DNA of 64,000 bases. Origin: Myxococcota bacterium (GTDB lineage: Bacteria > Myxococcota_A > UBA9160 > SZUA-336). The notes beneath the pieces were generated by a model. It was not told the DNA's origin, ran no database searches, and saw nothing but the letters and a program-made list of their open reading frames with translations. Below, piece by piece: positions 27,488 through 37,726 of the stretch; the first letter of the stretch is position 1; each line of letters starts with the position of its first letter. The DNA lies in assembly GCA_965247115.1 (NCBI GenBank), contig CBDFGR010000003.1:2400001-2464000 (forward strand). The letters are read 5' to 3'. A program made the translations under genes and the position numbers.

Positions 27488-30169
27488 ATGTCCGACCTGC
27501 CCGAAGGGACCGTCACGCTGTTGCTGACGGACATCGAGGGTTCGACGCGGATGCTCCACAGCCTGGGCGACCGCTATGCCGACGTGTTGGCAGCGCATCG
27601 CGACATCCTGCGGAAGGCCTTCGCCAGCCATGGGGGCGTCGAGGTCGATACTCAGGGCGACGCCTTCTTCGTGGCCTTCCCGAGCGCAATCGGCTGTCTC
27701 CGCGCCGCGGTCGAGTCGCAGCGCGGTCTCGAATCGTACGATTGGCCAGAGGGCCGGCCCGTTCGCGTGCGCATGGGGATGCACACCGGAGAGCCCACGC
27801 GCACCGGCGAGGGCTACGTCGGGATGGACGTCCACGCGGCGGCGCGGATCTGTTCAGCTGGACACGGGGGGCAGATCCTGCTCTCTCACCGGACGGCGGA
27901 GCTCGCGGAAGAGGGACTGGCGACAGAGGAGCTCACACTCCGGGACCTCGGGGAGCATCGGCTCAAGGACCTCGAGGGGCCCCAGCAACTCTTCCAGGTC
28001 GTCATTCCCGAGCTCTCTTCTGACTTTTCGCCGCTGCGGACACTCGAGACCCGTCCGAACAATCTCCCGACGCCGCCGACGCCATTCATCGGCCGCGCCA
28101 AAGAGGTGGCCGAGGTCCGCGATCTGCTGCTGCGTGACGGGGTGCGCGTGGTCACCCTCACGGGGCCCGGGGGGACCGGAAAGAGCCGGCTCGCCTTGCG
28201 CGTTGCCACGGAGCTTCTGCACTCGTTCGCGGACGGCGCGTTCTTCGTGGCGCTCGCCTCGGTGCGGCGTCACGCGCTCGTGATGTCTGCGCTCGCCCGC
28301 GCACTGGGGGTGCGCGAGGGCCAGGGGCGCACTCTGCAGGAGGCTCTCGAGGATCACCTCCGGGACAGGGCCATCCTGCTCGTGTTCGACAACTTCGAGC
28401 ACGTCCGGCAGGCCGGACGGCCCCTGGCCGAGCTCATGGCCCAATGCCCGGGTGTCAAGGTGCTCATCACGAGCCGCGAGGCGCTCCGCCTTTCCGGCGA
28501 ATACGACGTACCGGTCCCCCCTCTGGGTCTGCCCGAGCGAGGGCGCTTACCACCGGTGCTGGAGCTGGCGAGCTACGAGGCGATCCGGCTCTTCGTCGAT
28601 CGGGCGCAGGCCGCCAGGGCGGATTTCGACCTCAACGACGAGAACGCCACGCCCGTGACCGACATCTGTCGTCGCCTGGACGGACTCCCGCTAGCCATCG
28701 AGCTCGCAGCTGCGCGCGTGCGAACGATGCTCCCCTCCGAGCTGCTCCCAGCACTCGAGAGTCGCCTCACTGTGCTCACCGATGGGGCGATCGACCTGCC
28801 GGAGCGGCAGCAAACGCTGCGCGACGCGATCGCATGGAGCTTCGATCTGCTCGAGCCGGCGGAGCAGGTTCTCTGCCGAAGGTTGGGTGTGTTCGTCGGG
28901 GGCTGCACGCTGGAGGCGGCTCGCGACGTGTGCAATGTGGAGTCCAAGCTCGACCTTGACGAGGGCACGACCTCGCTGGTTTCCAAGAGCCTTCTCGGCA
29001 TCGAGATGCCCGCGGGCCGAGAGGGCCCCGCGAAGGTGCTGCCTTCTGAGACGCGGATTCAGGATTCGCGGTTCGCGATGCTCGAGACAATCCGGGAGTT
29101 CGCCCTAGACCAGCTCGAGCAGAGCGGCGAGGCCGAAGAGCTGCGGATGCGCCACCGCGACTGGTGTCTCGACCTGGCAGAGGCGGCCGAGCCCGAGCTC
29201 CGCAGTGCCGACTCCGATCGCTGGCTGGAGCGACTCGACAGCGAGCACGACAACGTGAGATCGGCCCTCGGCTGGTCTCTCGACGGGGTCGATGACGGGG
29301 CCGAGGCGGCTCTGCGTATCGGGACGTCGCTCATGGTGTTCTGGTACCAGCGGGGCCACCTCTCGGAGATGCGCGATTGGCTCGACCGGGGCTTGGAGGC
29401 CGGGCCGGAAGCCGAGCCCCGGCTGCGGGCCACGGCGCTCTATGGAGCCGCCGGCATGGCCCGGCAGCAGGGGGAGCTCGAAGAAGCCGCGCTGCTCTGC
29501 GAGGACGCCCTGGAGCTCTACCGCGGGATCGAGGACAGTACCGGGATTGCGCGCGCACTGGGCGAGCTGGGCGCCATTCTCCAACGCCAGGGCCAGTTCG
29601 ACCGAGCTGCCGCGGCGCTGGAGGAAGCTCTGCGTCTCCTTCGGGAGCTCGGCGACCCGGAACGCACGTCCTTCACCCTCGTGGCGCTAGGCGCGCTGGA
29701 GCAGATCCGTGGGAACCCCGACCAGGCGGCGGGCCACTACGAGGAGAGCCTGGAGATAGCGCGAGACCTCGGGGACAAGCACGGGACCGCCACCGCGCTG
29801 GTCAACCTCGGCGAGGTGACTCAGCTGCGAGGAGACAATCAGCGCGCCGCGGTGCTCTATCGGGAGAGTCTCTTGCTCTACGCCGAGCTCAAGATGGACA
29901 TTGCAATCGCGTACTGCCTAGAGGTGCTGGCAGGGATCGATGCCGCCGAGGGGCTCGCAGACCGGGCCGCGCAGCTGTTCGGCGCCGCGGAGAACGTGCG
30001 CGAGGAGATCGGCGCGCCGGTCGAATCGTTCAACCTCGAGCGGTACCAGGGGGATGTCAGTTCGGTTCGGGATGCGCTCGAGCGGGACGACTTCGACGCC
30101 GCCTGGGCAACAGGCCGCGCCCTCTCCCGCGAGCAGGCAACCGCACTCGCTCTGCGTAGTACCACCTGA
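27488..30169 (+). CDS. adenylate/guanylate cyclase domain + STAND NTPase + TPR protein
   Basis: TVTLLLTDIEGST, QGDAFF, VRMGMHTG. P-loop GPGGTGKS, LVFDNFEH, LDGLPLAIELAAA. C-terminal TPRs. Confidence 0.92.
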   Translation: MSDLPEGTVTLLLTDIEGSTRMLHSLGDRYADVLAAHRDILRKAFASHGGVEVDTQGDAFFVAFPSAIGCLRAAVESQRGLESYDWPEGRPVRVRMGMHTGEPTRTGEGYVGMDVHAAARICSAGHGGQILLSHRTAELAEEGLATEELTLRDLGEHRLKDLEGPQQLFQVVIPELSSDFSPLRTLETRPNNLPTPPTPFIGRAKEVAEVRDLLLRDGVRVVTLTGPGGTGKSRLALRVATELLHSFADGAFFVALASVRRHALVMSALARALGVREGQGRTLQEALEDHLRDRAILLVFDNFEHVRQAGRPLAELMAQCPGVKVLITSREALRLSGEYDVPVPPLGLPERGRLPPVLELASYEAIRLFVDRAQAARADFDLNDENATPVTDICRRLDGLPLAIELAAARVRTMLPSELLPALESRLTVLTDGAIDLPERQQTLRDAIAWSFDLLEPAEQVLCRRLGVFVGGCTLEAARDVCNVESKLDLDEGTTSLVSKSLLGIEMPAGREGPAKVLPSETRIQDSRFAMLETIREFALDQLEQSGEAEELRMRHRDWCLDLAEAAEPELRSADSDRWLERLDSEHDNVRSALGWSLDGVDDGAEAALRIGTSLMVFWYQRGHLSEMRDWLDRGLEAGPEAEPRLRATALYGAAGMARQQGELEEAALLCEDALELYRGIEDSTGIARALGELGAILQRQGQFDRAAAALEEALRLLRELGDPERTSFTLVALGALEQIRGNPDQAAGHYEESLEIARDLGDKHGTATALVNLGEVTQLRGDNQRAAVLYRESLLLYAELKMDIAIAYCLEVLAGIDAAEGLADRAAQLFGAAENVREEIGAPVESFNLERYQGDVSSVRDALERDDFDAAWATGRALSREQATALALRSTT

Positions 30170-30573
30170 TGGATCGACGATACACAGGAAGCTGTATGTG
30201 TGGGGCAGTCGGCTATGCGGGCGGTGGTGCTGCAACCAACGTTTGCTTCTGCCACTGCGCGAGCTGCCGGAGGGCCACGGGGGCGCCATTCGTTGCGTGG
30301 GCGACGCTGGATCTTCGTCTCTTCAGCTTTGGGGATACGAAACCAGCGCGGTACGAGTCGTCGCCGAAGGTCTCACGGACGTTCTGCGGGAGTTGTGGTA
30401 CGAGCCTTACCTACCAGCACGAGGACCGCTCCGACAAGGTCGAGGTGACGATCCCGACGCTGGATGAGCCCGAGCAGCTCGAGCCCGAGTGCCACATCTG
30501 GGTGTCCGACAAGCTCCCGTGGCTCAGGCTGGAAGACGGGCTGCCTCAGTATCCCGAGTGGAAGAGTAGCTAG
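30169..30573 (+). CDS. GFA (glutathione-dependent formaldehyde-activating) family protein
   Basis: GSCMCG, CFCHCASCRR, FCGSCG, HIWVSDKLPW. Confidence 0.9.
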   Translation: MDRRYTGSCMCGAVGYAGGGAATNVCFCHCASCRRATGAPFVAWATLDLRLFSFGDTKPARYESSPKVSRTFCGSCGTSLTYQHEDRSDKVEVTIPTLDEPEQLEPECHIWVSDKLPWLRLEDGLPQYPEWKSS

Positions 30574-30596
30574 CTCGGTTCGCGTATGCTGGAGCC

Positions 30597-31934
30597 GTGA
30601 CGCAGGAGCGGCCGGACAAGCCTTCGAGCGGATCGCCGGTTGCAGAGGACCCGGAGAGTCGCCGGTACGCGAACTACGTGCTCGGCGTCCTGTTCTTCGT
30701 CTACGTCTTCAATTTCATCGATCGGCAGATCCTCTCGATCCTGCTCGAAGACATCAAGCTCGAGCTGGGTGTGTCGGACACCGCGATGGGCTTCCTGACG
30801 GGAATCGCCTTCGCGATCTTCTACACGTTTGCCGGTATCCCGATCGCGCGCTGGGCCGACGTGGGCGTGCGTCGCTCGATCATCGCGATGGGACTCTCGC
30901 TCTGGAGCCTGATGACGGCTGCATCGGGGCTGGCGCAGAACTTCACGCACCTCCTGATCGCGCGGATCGGCGTTGGTGTTGGCGAGGCCGCCGGAAGTCC
31001 GCCAGCGCACTCGATCATCGCCGACTACTTCCCGCCGGAACGGCGCGCGACGGCACTCTCGATTTACAACATGGGCATCAGCGTCGGGATCTTGTTCGGC
31101 TTTCTCGTCGGCGGCTGGATCAGCGAGTTCTTCGGCTGGCGGCTGGCATTCTTCGTGGTGGGGCTGCCCGGGTTGGCGCTCGCACTCGTGGTCCGCTTCA
31201 CCGTGCGCGAGCCGGTGCGCGGCGCCTCCGAGGGCGTGACCCAGGTCGAGGACCCGGACCCCGTGATGAAGGTCTTCGCCTTCATGTGGTCGCTCCGTTC
31301 GTTCCGCCATCTGGCGATCGCGTCCGGCCTGCACGCGTTTGCCGGCTACGGTTTCGCGCAGTGGGCTCCGACGTTCCTGCGCCGCGTGTACGATCTGGGC
31401 GCCGGCGAGACCGGTACCTACCTGGGACTCATCATCGGCCTCGGCGGGGCTGCGGGGAACCTGATCGGCGGCCTACTCTGCGATCGGCTGGGTCGCAGAG
31501 ACCTGCGCTGGTACCTGTGGGTGCCGGCGATCTCGTGCATGCTGGTGATTCCCTTCGTCGTCGGCTTCCTGCTCTTGGACTCGCTCACGTTCGCGCTGCT
31601 TTCCTACATCCCCGGCATAGTGCTCGGCTCGATGTGGCTCGCGCCGATCATCGCGAGCGCCCAGGTGCTCGTGAAGCTGCGCATGCGGGCGGTCGCCTCG
31701 GCCATCCTGCTCTTCATCCTGAACCTGATTGGCCTGGGGCTCGGTCCGCAACTGGTGGGCGTCCTGAACGACCTGCTCGCGTCCAGCTTCGGCGACGAGG
31801 CCGTGCGCTACTCGCTCTTGCTGGCGAACCTCACCACGGGCTGGGCGGCCATCCACTTCTTCCTGGCCGCCCGCAGCTTCCGCGAGGACATCCTGGAGAA
31901 GGATCGGGTGGAGGGGGAGGCGGGCTCGGTCTGA
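30597..31934 (+). CDS. MFS transporter (spinster-like)
   Basis: NFIDRQIL, ARIGVGVGEA, IADYFPPERRATA, about 12 TM. Confidence 0.92.
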   Translation: MTQERPDKPSSGSPVAEDPESRRYANYVLGVLFFVYVFNFIDRQILSILLEDIKLELGVSDTAMGFLTGIAFAIFYTFAGIPIARWADVGVRRSIIAMGLSLWSLMTAASGLAQNFTHLLIARIGVGVGEAAGSPPAHSIIADYFPPERRATALSIYNMGISVGILFGFLVGGWISEFFGWRLAFFVVGLPGLALALVVRFTVREPVRGASEGVTQVEDPDPVMKVFAFMWSLRSFRHLAIASGLHAFAGYGFAQWAPTFLRRVYDLGAGETGTYLGLIIGLGGAAGNLIGGLLCDRLGRRDLRWYLWVPAISCMLVIPFVVGFLLLDSLTFALLSYIPGIVLGSMWLAPIIASAQVLVKLRMRAVASAILLFILNLIGLGLGPQLVGVLNDLLASSFGDEAVRYSLLLANLTTGWAAIHFFLAARSFREDILEKDRVEGEAGSV

Positions 31935-31996
31935 GCCCGCCGTGCGCTCAGGCGCGCGTTCCCGCGTATCATGCTCGCTTCCAAGGAGAAGAGCCC

Positions 31997-32395
31997 GTGA
32001 GCACGTTCAACATCGATCAGCTCCAGAAATCGGACGACGCTGGTCCCGTCACCATGCTCAACCTGGTGAAGTACCGCGATCGCTCGCTCGACGGCGACGG
32101 CAGCGGTCGTGAGGCCTACCAGCGCTACACGCAGCGAGCGCAGGACTTCGTGGAGTCACGAGGCGGACGCGTCCTATGGGCGGGGGTGGTCGCGGAGGCG
32201 GCCCTTCAAGACGGGCTGACGGGCGACGAGGTCGACTGGGACTGGGCACTCTTGGTCTATTACCCGGACCGCGCGGCCTTCATCGACATGGTCACGAGCC
32301 CCGAGTACCTGGCCGCGAACGAGCATCGCTCGAACGGCATCGCCAAGCATGCCATCCTCGCCTCCAGGACTCTGCTTCTGGAGTCCAGGAAGTAG
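31997..32395 (+). CDS. DUF1330 domain-containing protein
   Basis: GPVTMLNLVKYR, GREAYQRY, WDWALLVYYP..AAFIDMV.SPEY. RBS AAGGAG. Confidence 0.82.
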   Translation: MSTFNIDQLQKSDDAGPVTMLNLVKYRDRSLDGDGSGREAYQRYTQRAQDFVESRGGRVLWAGVVAEAALQDGLTGDEVDWDWALLVYYPDRAAFIDMVTSPEYLAANEHRSNGIAKHAILASRTLLLESRK

Positions 32396-32399
32396 GCGG

Positions 32400-32804
32400 C
32401 TAGTCGAGCTTCTCGCTCTTGAGGCTCTTCACCTTCCACTCGTCGCCGGCCTTCTCGATGACGGCGCGCTGGCGCGCCTTGGACACCTTCGGTCGTCCCG
32501 CCGGATTCCCGAACGAGTCCCTGTACAGGCGCGTCACGTACTGGATCGCGACGATGCGGGTTCGCCCAGCCTCGTCCTGCTGGGACTCGAGCTCGTACTC
32601 GATGCTCTGGATGTCCGGGGCGTTGCCGGCTGCGCCGAAGTTCGCGAGCGCTGCCCTGCTGGCCATGGTGGCGCCCGTGATCCGAGCGGTGGCGTGGTTC
32701 TGGTACGCCAGGTACGCGCCTCCCGGGGCCCCGAGCTGCTGGTGGATGACGAAACCACCGTAGCCCAGACCCGCAAGAACCATCAGAAGGAATAGCGTCT
32801 TCAC
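32400..32804 (-). CDS. hypothetical exported/membrane-anchored protein
   Basis: GTG start, N-terminal TM, convergent with the DUF1330 gene. Confidence 0.55.
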   Translation of the reverse strand: MKTLFLLMVLAGLGYGGFVIHQQLGAPGGAYLAYQNHATARITGATMASRAALANFGAAGNAPDIQSIEYELESQQDEAGRTRIVAIQYVTRLYRDSFGNPAGRPKVSKARQRAVIEKAGDEWKVKSLKSEKLD

Positions 32805-33000
32805 GTCTCTGCCCCCGTCTGTCAGGTTCTTCGGTACATTCACGTCGCGCCCCAAGGGACTCTGAGGTTCGCCTGCTAGACTCGGCCGCTGCGGTCCACG
32901 CCGAACTGGCAATGGCTCGCTCGAGCCGCGGATCGAGGAAGGCTGAGTTACGCCCCGCCTGTTCCGTCGCCGCCAGGTCTCGCTGCCCACGCTCTGGGGC

Positions 33001-33639
33001 ATGCTGACGTTCGCCGTGCCCAGCCTGCTTGTGCTCGTTCTCGTGTTCTGGCGGCTGCACGTGTTCCTGTCCCCGAGCGCACCGCTGGGCAGCGGGCTCC
33101 TCGTGGTCGAAGGGTGGGTGGGGAAGAGCGAGCTGCGCTCCGCGATCGAGGTATTTCGCGAGGGAGACTACGAGCTTCTCGTGACCAGCGGCGGGCCCAT
33201 GTTCGACTGGACCGAGCACTACTCGACCTACGCCGAGCGGGCCGGCGATTACCTTCGGCAGCGTGGCTTCCCCGACGAGAAGCTGGCTGTCGTTGCCGCG
33301 CCCGCCTCCGCCCAGGACCGCACCTACCTGAGTGCCGTCGTGGTGCGTGACTGGCTCGTGGAGTCCGGTCGCGACGTGGACTCTCTGGACCTCGTGTCCA
33401 GCGGACCGCATACCCGCCGCAGCTGGCAGCTCTATCGACTTGCGTTCGGGAATGGCGTGCGCATCGGCGCGATCGCAGCCGCATCGGCAGAGTACGACGC
33501 GTCCGCCTGGTGGAAGACCAGCATCGGCGCTCGCACCTTGGTCTCCGAGGCGGTGGCCTGGTTGTGGACGACCTGCTGCTTCTGGCCAGGCCCGCGCGGC
33601 TCGCATCAGGAGAAGTGGGGCCTTCCGGCACCCGGCTGA
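33001..33639 (+). CDS. YdcF/ElyC (DUF218)-like protein
   Basis: LVVEGW, LVTSGGP, DRTYLSA, GPHTRRSW, WWKTS. Start uncertain. Confidence 0.75.
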   Translation: MLTFAVPSLLVLVLVFWRLHVFLSPSAPLGSGLLVVEGWVGKSELRSAIEVFREGDYELLVTSGGPMFDWTEHYSTYAERAGDYLRQRGFPDEKLAVVAAPASAQDRTYLSAVVVRDWLVESGRDVDSLDLVSSGPHTRRSWQLYRLAFGNGVRIGAIAAASAEYDASAWWKTSIGARTLVSEAVAWLWTTCCFWPGPRGSHQEKWGLPAPG

Positions 33640-33703
33640 CGGTCCCCCTTGCGTGCCCCTGGTGGGCACTCCATCTTCCCACGCTCGCCGAGCTGGAGCG
33701 GAC

Positions 33704-35002
33704 ATGCGACGAGCGGTTGGCGTCGACTTCGGGACCACGAACAGCGCGCTCGCACTCGCGGTCGGTATGGAAGAGGCGCCGCGGCTGGCACACTTCGCGC
33801 GGGCGGGTGCGCCGCCAACCCCCACCTTCCGCTCGCTGCTCTACCTGGAGCGCGATCCCGATCTCGACGACCGGATCATCGAGCGGGCCGGCCCGCGCGC
33901 CATCGAGGCGTATCTCAACGCGGACGAGCCCGGCCGCTTGATCCAGTCGCTGAAGTCGTTCCTGGCGAACCGAGACTTCTCCTCGACCGGCGTGCTGGGC
34001 CGGAGCTACCGGCTCGAGGCGCTGATCTCGATCATGCTGCGCGAGGTGCGAGAGTCCGCAGAGGCCGAGTTCGGAGAGCTGCCCCGGCGCATCGTGGCGG
34101 GTCGTCCCGTGCGCTTCGCGGCCGCCAAGGACGAGAGCGATACAGAGCTGGCGCTGTCGCGGCTCGAAGCGTCCTTCCACAACGCGGGCTTCGAGGAGGT
34201 TGTCTTCGAGTTCGAGCCCGTCGCCGCGGCCTACCATTACGAGCGCGACCTGGACCACGACGAGCTGATCCTGATCGGCGACTTCGGCGGCGGCACGAGC
34301 GATTTCTCGTTGCTCCGCGTCGGTCCCTCGCTGCGCGGAACCACTGGGCGCGAGGAAGGAATCCTCGGGAACGCGGGCGTGCCGGTGGCGGGTGACGCCT
34401 TCGACGGCGCGATCGTGCGCTGGACGGTGGCTCCCCTGCTCGGGAAGGGCACGGACTACAAGACGATGTTCGGCCAGGTGCTGCGTGTCCCGGCGTGGAT
34501 CTACCGCCACCTGGAGCGCTGGCACCACCTCTCGTTCCTGAAGTCGCCCCAGACGCTGCACATCCTCCACGACCTGTGTCGCGACGGCCTGAAGCCCGAG
34601 CGCTTCGAAGCCCTCCTGCACCTGGTCCAGCACGAGCTCGGCTTCCAGCTCTACCGTGCCGTCGAGGGCGCCAAGGTCGAGCTCTCGAGCGCGCGGGAGA
34701 CCACCCTCCGCTTCACGCACCCCCCCGCCCTGATCGACGAGCAGCTCTACCGCGGCGACTTCGCAAGCTGGATCGCAGAAGACGTGGACTCGATCGCCAC
34801 CTGCGTCGACGACCTCCTCGCGTCAAGCTCCGTCACGCCAGATCAGGTAGACCGCGTATTCCTCACGGGCGGCAGCTCCCTCGTCCCCGAGATCCGCGGC
34901 GTCTTCGCCCAACGCTTCGGCCAAGACAAGCTCCGCACCGGCGAAGAGCTCACCAGCGTAGCCAGCGGCCTAGCCCTCCGCGCCCTCGAGCTCGAGACAT
35001 AA
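33704..35002 (+). CDS. Hsp70 family protein (YegD-like)
   Basis: GVDFGTTNS, FEPVAAA, DFGGGTSDFS, FLTGGSS. No substrate-binding domain. Confidence 0.9.
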   Translation: MRRAVGVDFGTTNSALALAVGMEEAPRLAHFARAGAPPTPTFRSLLYLERDPDLDDRIIERAGPRAIEAYLNADEPGRLIQSLKSFLANRDFSSTGVLGRSYRLEALISIMLREVRESAEAEFGELPRRIVAGRPVRFAAAKDESDTELALSRLEASFHNAGFEEVVFEFEPVAAAYHYERDLDHDELILIGDFGGGTSDFSLLRVGPSLRGTTGREEGILGNAGVPVAGDAFDGAIVRWTVAPLLGKGTDYKTMFGQVLRVPAWIYRHLERWHHLSFLKSPQTLHILHDLCRDGLKPERFEALLHLVQHELGFQLYRAVEGAKVELSSARETTLRFTHPPALIDEQLYRGDFASWIAEDVDSIATCVDDLLASSSVTPDQVDRVFLTGGSSLVPEIRGVFAQRFGQDKLRTGEELTSVASGLALRALELET

Positions 35003-35102
35003 CTTAGGGACGGTCCTTAATCATAACTTTTCTGACTACCTGCGCGGTACGCGGTCACCGATCGAGAGAAGTTATGATTAAGGACCGTCCCTAAGTTATG
35101 TC
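34996..35102. repeat. 107-bp REPIN-like hairpin (34-bp perfect inverted arms)
   Basis: GACATAACTTAGGGACGGTCCTTAATCATAACTT (34996-35029) and its reverse complement (35069-35102). Confidence 0.95.
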
Positions 35103-35165
35103 CGTCAGGTTTTGGCCCTCGTATCTGGTATATGCTGCGGAGCGCATCAGGACAGGGAGAGGTCG

Positions 35166-36914
35166 ATGATCGGACGGGTCGCGGTTGTGGTGGCGCTTGT
35201 ACTCGGGGTTTCGGGGACTGTTTCGGGGCAGGAGCAGCAGCTCAGCGTCGAGATCGAGCTGCCGCCTCTACCGACGCACTGGCCGGCGAGCGAGCCGGTC
35301 GGGGAGGGTGCGGGACCGGTGAGCGATCGCATGCTGCGCGAGGCGCCGGGTCCGAGTCGCTGGCTGCTTTACGGTGGGAACTACCGGAACTACAGGCACT
35401 CGCCGCTCCAGAGCCTGAACCCGGAGAGCGTGAGGGATCTGCGCGTCGCCTGGGCGCTGCCGACCGGAACCAACGGACAGTTCGAGGTCTCTCCCGTCAT
35501 CTACGACGGCGTCATGTACGTGAGCACGTCCTACAACCGGCTGTTCGCCCTCGATGCGAAGACGGGCGAGCTCCTGTGGCGTTACGACCACCAGCAGCCC
35601 CCACGGCTGCGAATGTGCTGCGGCCCCGTGAACCGCGGGGTGGCCATTGCGGGCGACCTCGTGCTGATGGCAACGCTCGACGCGAAGCTGATCGCCTTCC
35701 ACCGAAGAACGGGCGAGATCGTCTGGTCCATCGAGATCGCGAATTTCGAGGATGGCTTCAGCGCTACGTCCGTTCCGCTCGTCGTGGGAGATCTCGCGGT
35801 GATCGGGATTGCCGGAGGGGAATACGGCGTGCGCGGCTTCTTCGACGCGTACGAGGTGTCCAGCGGACGGCGGGTCTGGCGCCACTACACCGTGCCCGGC
35901 GAGGGCGAGCCCGGCGCCGAGTCGTGGGCCGGCGACTCCTATAAGAATGGCGGCGCGCCCGCGTGGACGAGCGGCGCCTATGATGCCGACACCGACACGC
36001 TGTACTGGACTACCGGCAATCCCGCGCCGGACTGGAACGGCGACCTGCGCGCGGGGGACAACCTCTTCTCCAACTCGCTGCTCGCCGTCGAGATGAAGAG
36101 CGGCAAGCGCAAGTGGCACTTTCAGTACACGCCTCACGACGTCTGGGACTACGACGGGAACACGCAGATCTTCCTGGTGGACGTAGAGCGCAACGGGACG
36201 ATCGTAAAGGCCGTCGCTCAGGCAAACCGCAATGGCTACTTCTACCTGATCGACCGGGAGAACGGCGAGTTCTTGCTGGCGGAGCCCTACGTCGAGCAGG
36301 TCAACTGGGCCACCATCGACGACGCGGGCCGCCCCGTTGTGAACCCTGCCGCGCTCCCGAAGCTCGAGCCGACGGAGCGCGTCTGCCCGAGCAACTTCGG
36401 CGGGATGAACGGCGCGTGGACGGGCGCCTACAACCCGGATCTCGGCCTTGCCTACATCCCCTCGGTGGAGGCCTGCCAGCTGTTCGCGAAAGGCATCGTC
36501 ACCTTCATCAAGGGGATTCCCTATCTCGGCGGCCTGCCCGAGGCCGTAGATGCGATCGAGGGCAGGGCATACGGGCACATCTCGGCCATCGACGTCGCCA
36601 CGGGCAAAGTTCGGTGGCGACACCGGGATGCGTATCCCATGATGGGCGGTGTGCTCAGCACCGCGGGCGGTGTGGTGTTCACGGGCAACCTGACGGGCAG
36701 CGCCCTCGCGCTGGACGCGGCCACGGGCGAGCAGCTCTGGAGCTTCAGGATGGGAGGCGGCGTGCGGAGTCAGCCCGTCGCCTACGAGCTCGACGGCCAG
36801 ACCTACGTCGCGATCGGTTCGGGCAGCTTCGCCCCGATTGACGCGTTCGCGGGCGGTCTGGACAGGAACCCGGAGGGTGGGCACCTGTTCGTCTTCGCGC
36901 TCCCCAAGCGGTGA
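35166..36914 (+). CDS. PQQ-dependent alcohol dehydrogenase (methanol/ethanol family)
   Basis: Vicinal CC (MCCGPVNRG), GGEYG, GNPAP, PHDVWDYDG, Trp-docking repeats, signal peptide. Confidence 0.93.
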   Translation: MIGRVAVVVALVLGVSGTVSGQEQQLSVEIELPPLPTHWPASEPVGEGAGPVSDRMLREAPGPSRWLLYGGNYRNYRHSPLQSLNPESVRDLRVAWALPTGTNGQFEVSPVIYDGVMYVSTSYNRLFALDAKTGELLWRYDHQQPPRLRMCCGPVNRGVAIAGDLVLMATLDAKLIAFHRRTGEIVWSIEIANFEDGFSATSVPLVVGDLAVIGIAGGEYGVRGFFDAYEVSSGRRVWRHYTVPGEGEPGAESWAGDSYKNGGAPAWTSGAYDADTDTLYWTTGNPAPDWNGDLRAGDNLFSNSLLAVEMKSGKRKWHFQYTPHDVWDYDGNTQIFLVDVERNGTIVKAVAQANRNGYFYLIDRENGEFLLAEPYVEQVNWATIDDAGRPVVNPAALPKLEPTERVCPSNFGGMNGAWTGAYNPDLGLAYIPSVEACQLFAKGIVTFIKGIPYLGGLPEAVDAIEGRAYGHISAIDVATGKVRWRHRDAYPMMGGVLSTAGGVVFTGNLTGSALALDAATGEQLWSFRMGGGVRSQPVAYELDGQTYVAIGSGSFAPIDAFAGGLDRNPEGGHLFVFALPKR

Positions 36915-37726
36915 CGCTCGGGCGGGCCGCGCTGCTCCTGGTTCTGGCGCTCGGCTGGCCGTCACACGTGCACGGCGCCGGGACGCTGAGGGTCTGCCTG
37001 CACGAAGACGACCCGCCCCGCTCGGAGCGGGCCGGAGACCGTGGCTTCGACGTCGCTGTGATGAGCCAGCTTGCCGGTCGGATCGAGCGGAGCTTCGAGC
37101 CTGTCTGGATCCAGACCCCACCCACGATGACAGAGGTCGAGGAGTCTGACCTGCCGCTCGCCGACCTGGTGCGGGGTCGCTGCGACGCGCTCGCCTCCGT
37201 TCCCGGCGAGCTGGCGCTCGGCTCCCACGCCAGGCGAATCGCGCTCTCGCGCCCGTACTACGGAGCCGGGTTCGAGCTCGTCGGCCCCGACAGCCTCCCG
37301 AACGACCTGCGTCAGCTCCAAAGCACGCGCATCGGCGTGCGCAGCGTGAGCGTTGCGCACTTGGTGCTCGTGTCCCTCGGCGTGGAGTGGTCGGGGCGCA
37401 AGACAGCCGCGGAGCTACTGGCTGCGCTCAAGGCAGGTGAGGTGGACGGTGCGCTGGTCTGGGGCCCCTCGCTGGCGACGCTTGGTGGACGCCCGAAGGA
37501 GGACTGGGTGCCTCCCGCCGCACTGCGCTGGAACCTGCACCTCGCCACTCGCAAGATGGACCCACTGACGGCCGAGCTCGACAACGTGCTCGGCCGGCTG
37601 ATCCGATCGGGTGAGGTCACGCGCTTGCTCGAGTCGCACGGCATCCCGCTGCACGCTCCCTTCACCACGGACTTCTCGCACGCCGAGCTCGAACTCTTCA
37701 TGAATCGGGAGGCCGACCTGCGGTGA
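36911..37726 (+). CDS. substrate-binding periplasmic protein (MxaJ/XoxJ-like)
   Basis: LRVC...PP.S...GFDVAV, GRCD, SRPYY, DGALVWGP. GTGA overlap with the dehydrogenase. Confidence 0.8.
   Translation: MTLGRAALLLVLALGWPSHVHGAGTLRVCLHEDDPPRSERAGDRGFDVAVMSQLAGRIERSFEPVWIQTPPTMTEVEESDLPLADLVRGRCDALASVPGELALGSHARRIALSRPYYGAGFELVGPDSLPNDLRQLQSTRIGVRSVSVAHLVLVSLGVEWSGRKTAAELLAALKAGEVDGALVWGPSLATLGGRPKEDWVPPAALRWNLHLATRKMDPLTAELDNVLGRLIRSGEVTRLLESHGIPLHAPFTTDFSHAELELFMNREADLR

Noticed and set aside
34996..35102. Simple rho-independent terminator
   Set aside because: Arms of 34-37 bp with 33-39-nt spacers, repeated at a second locus. It may terminate transcription but is a repeat element.
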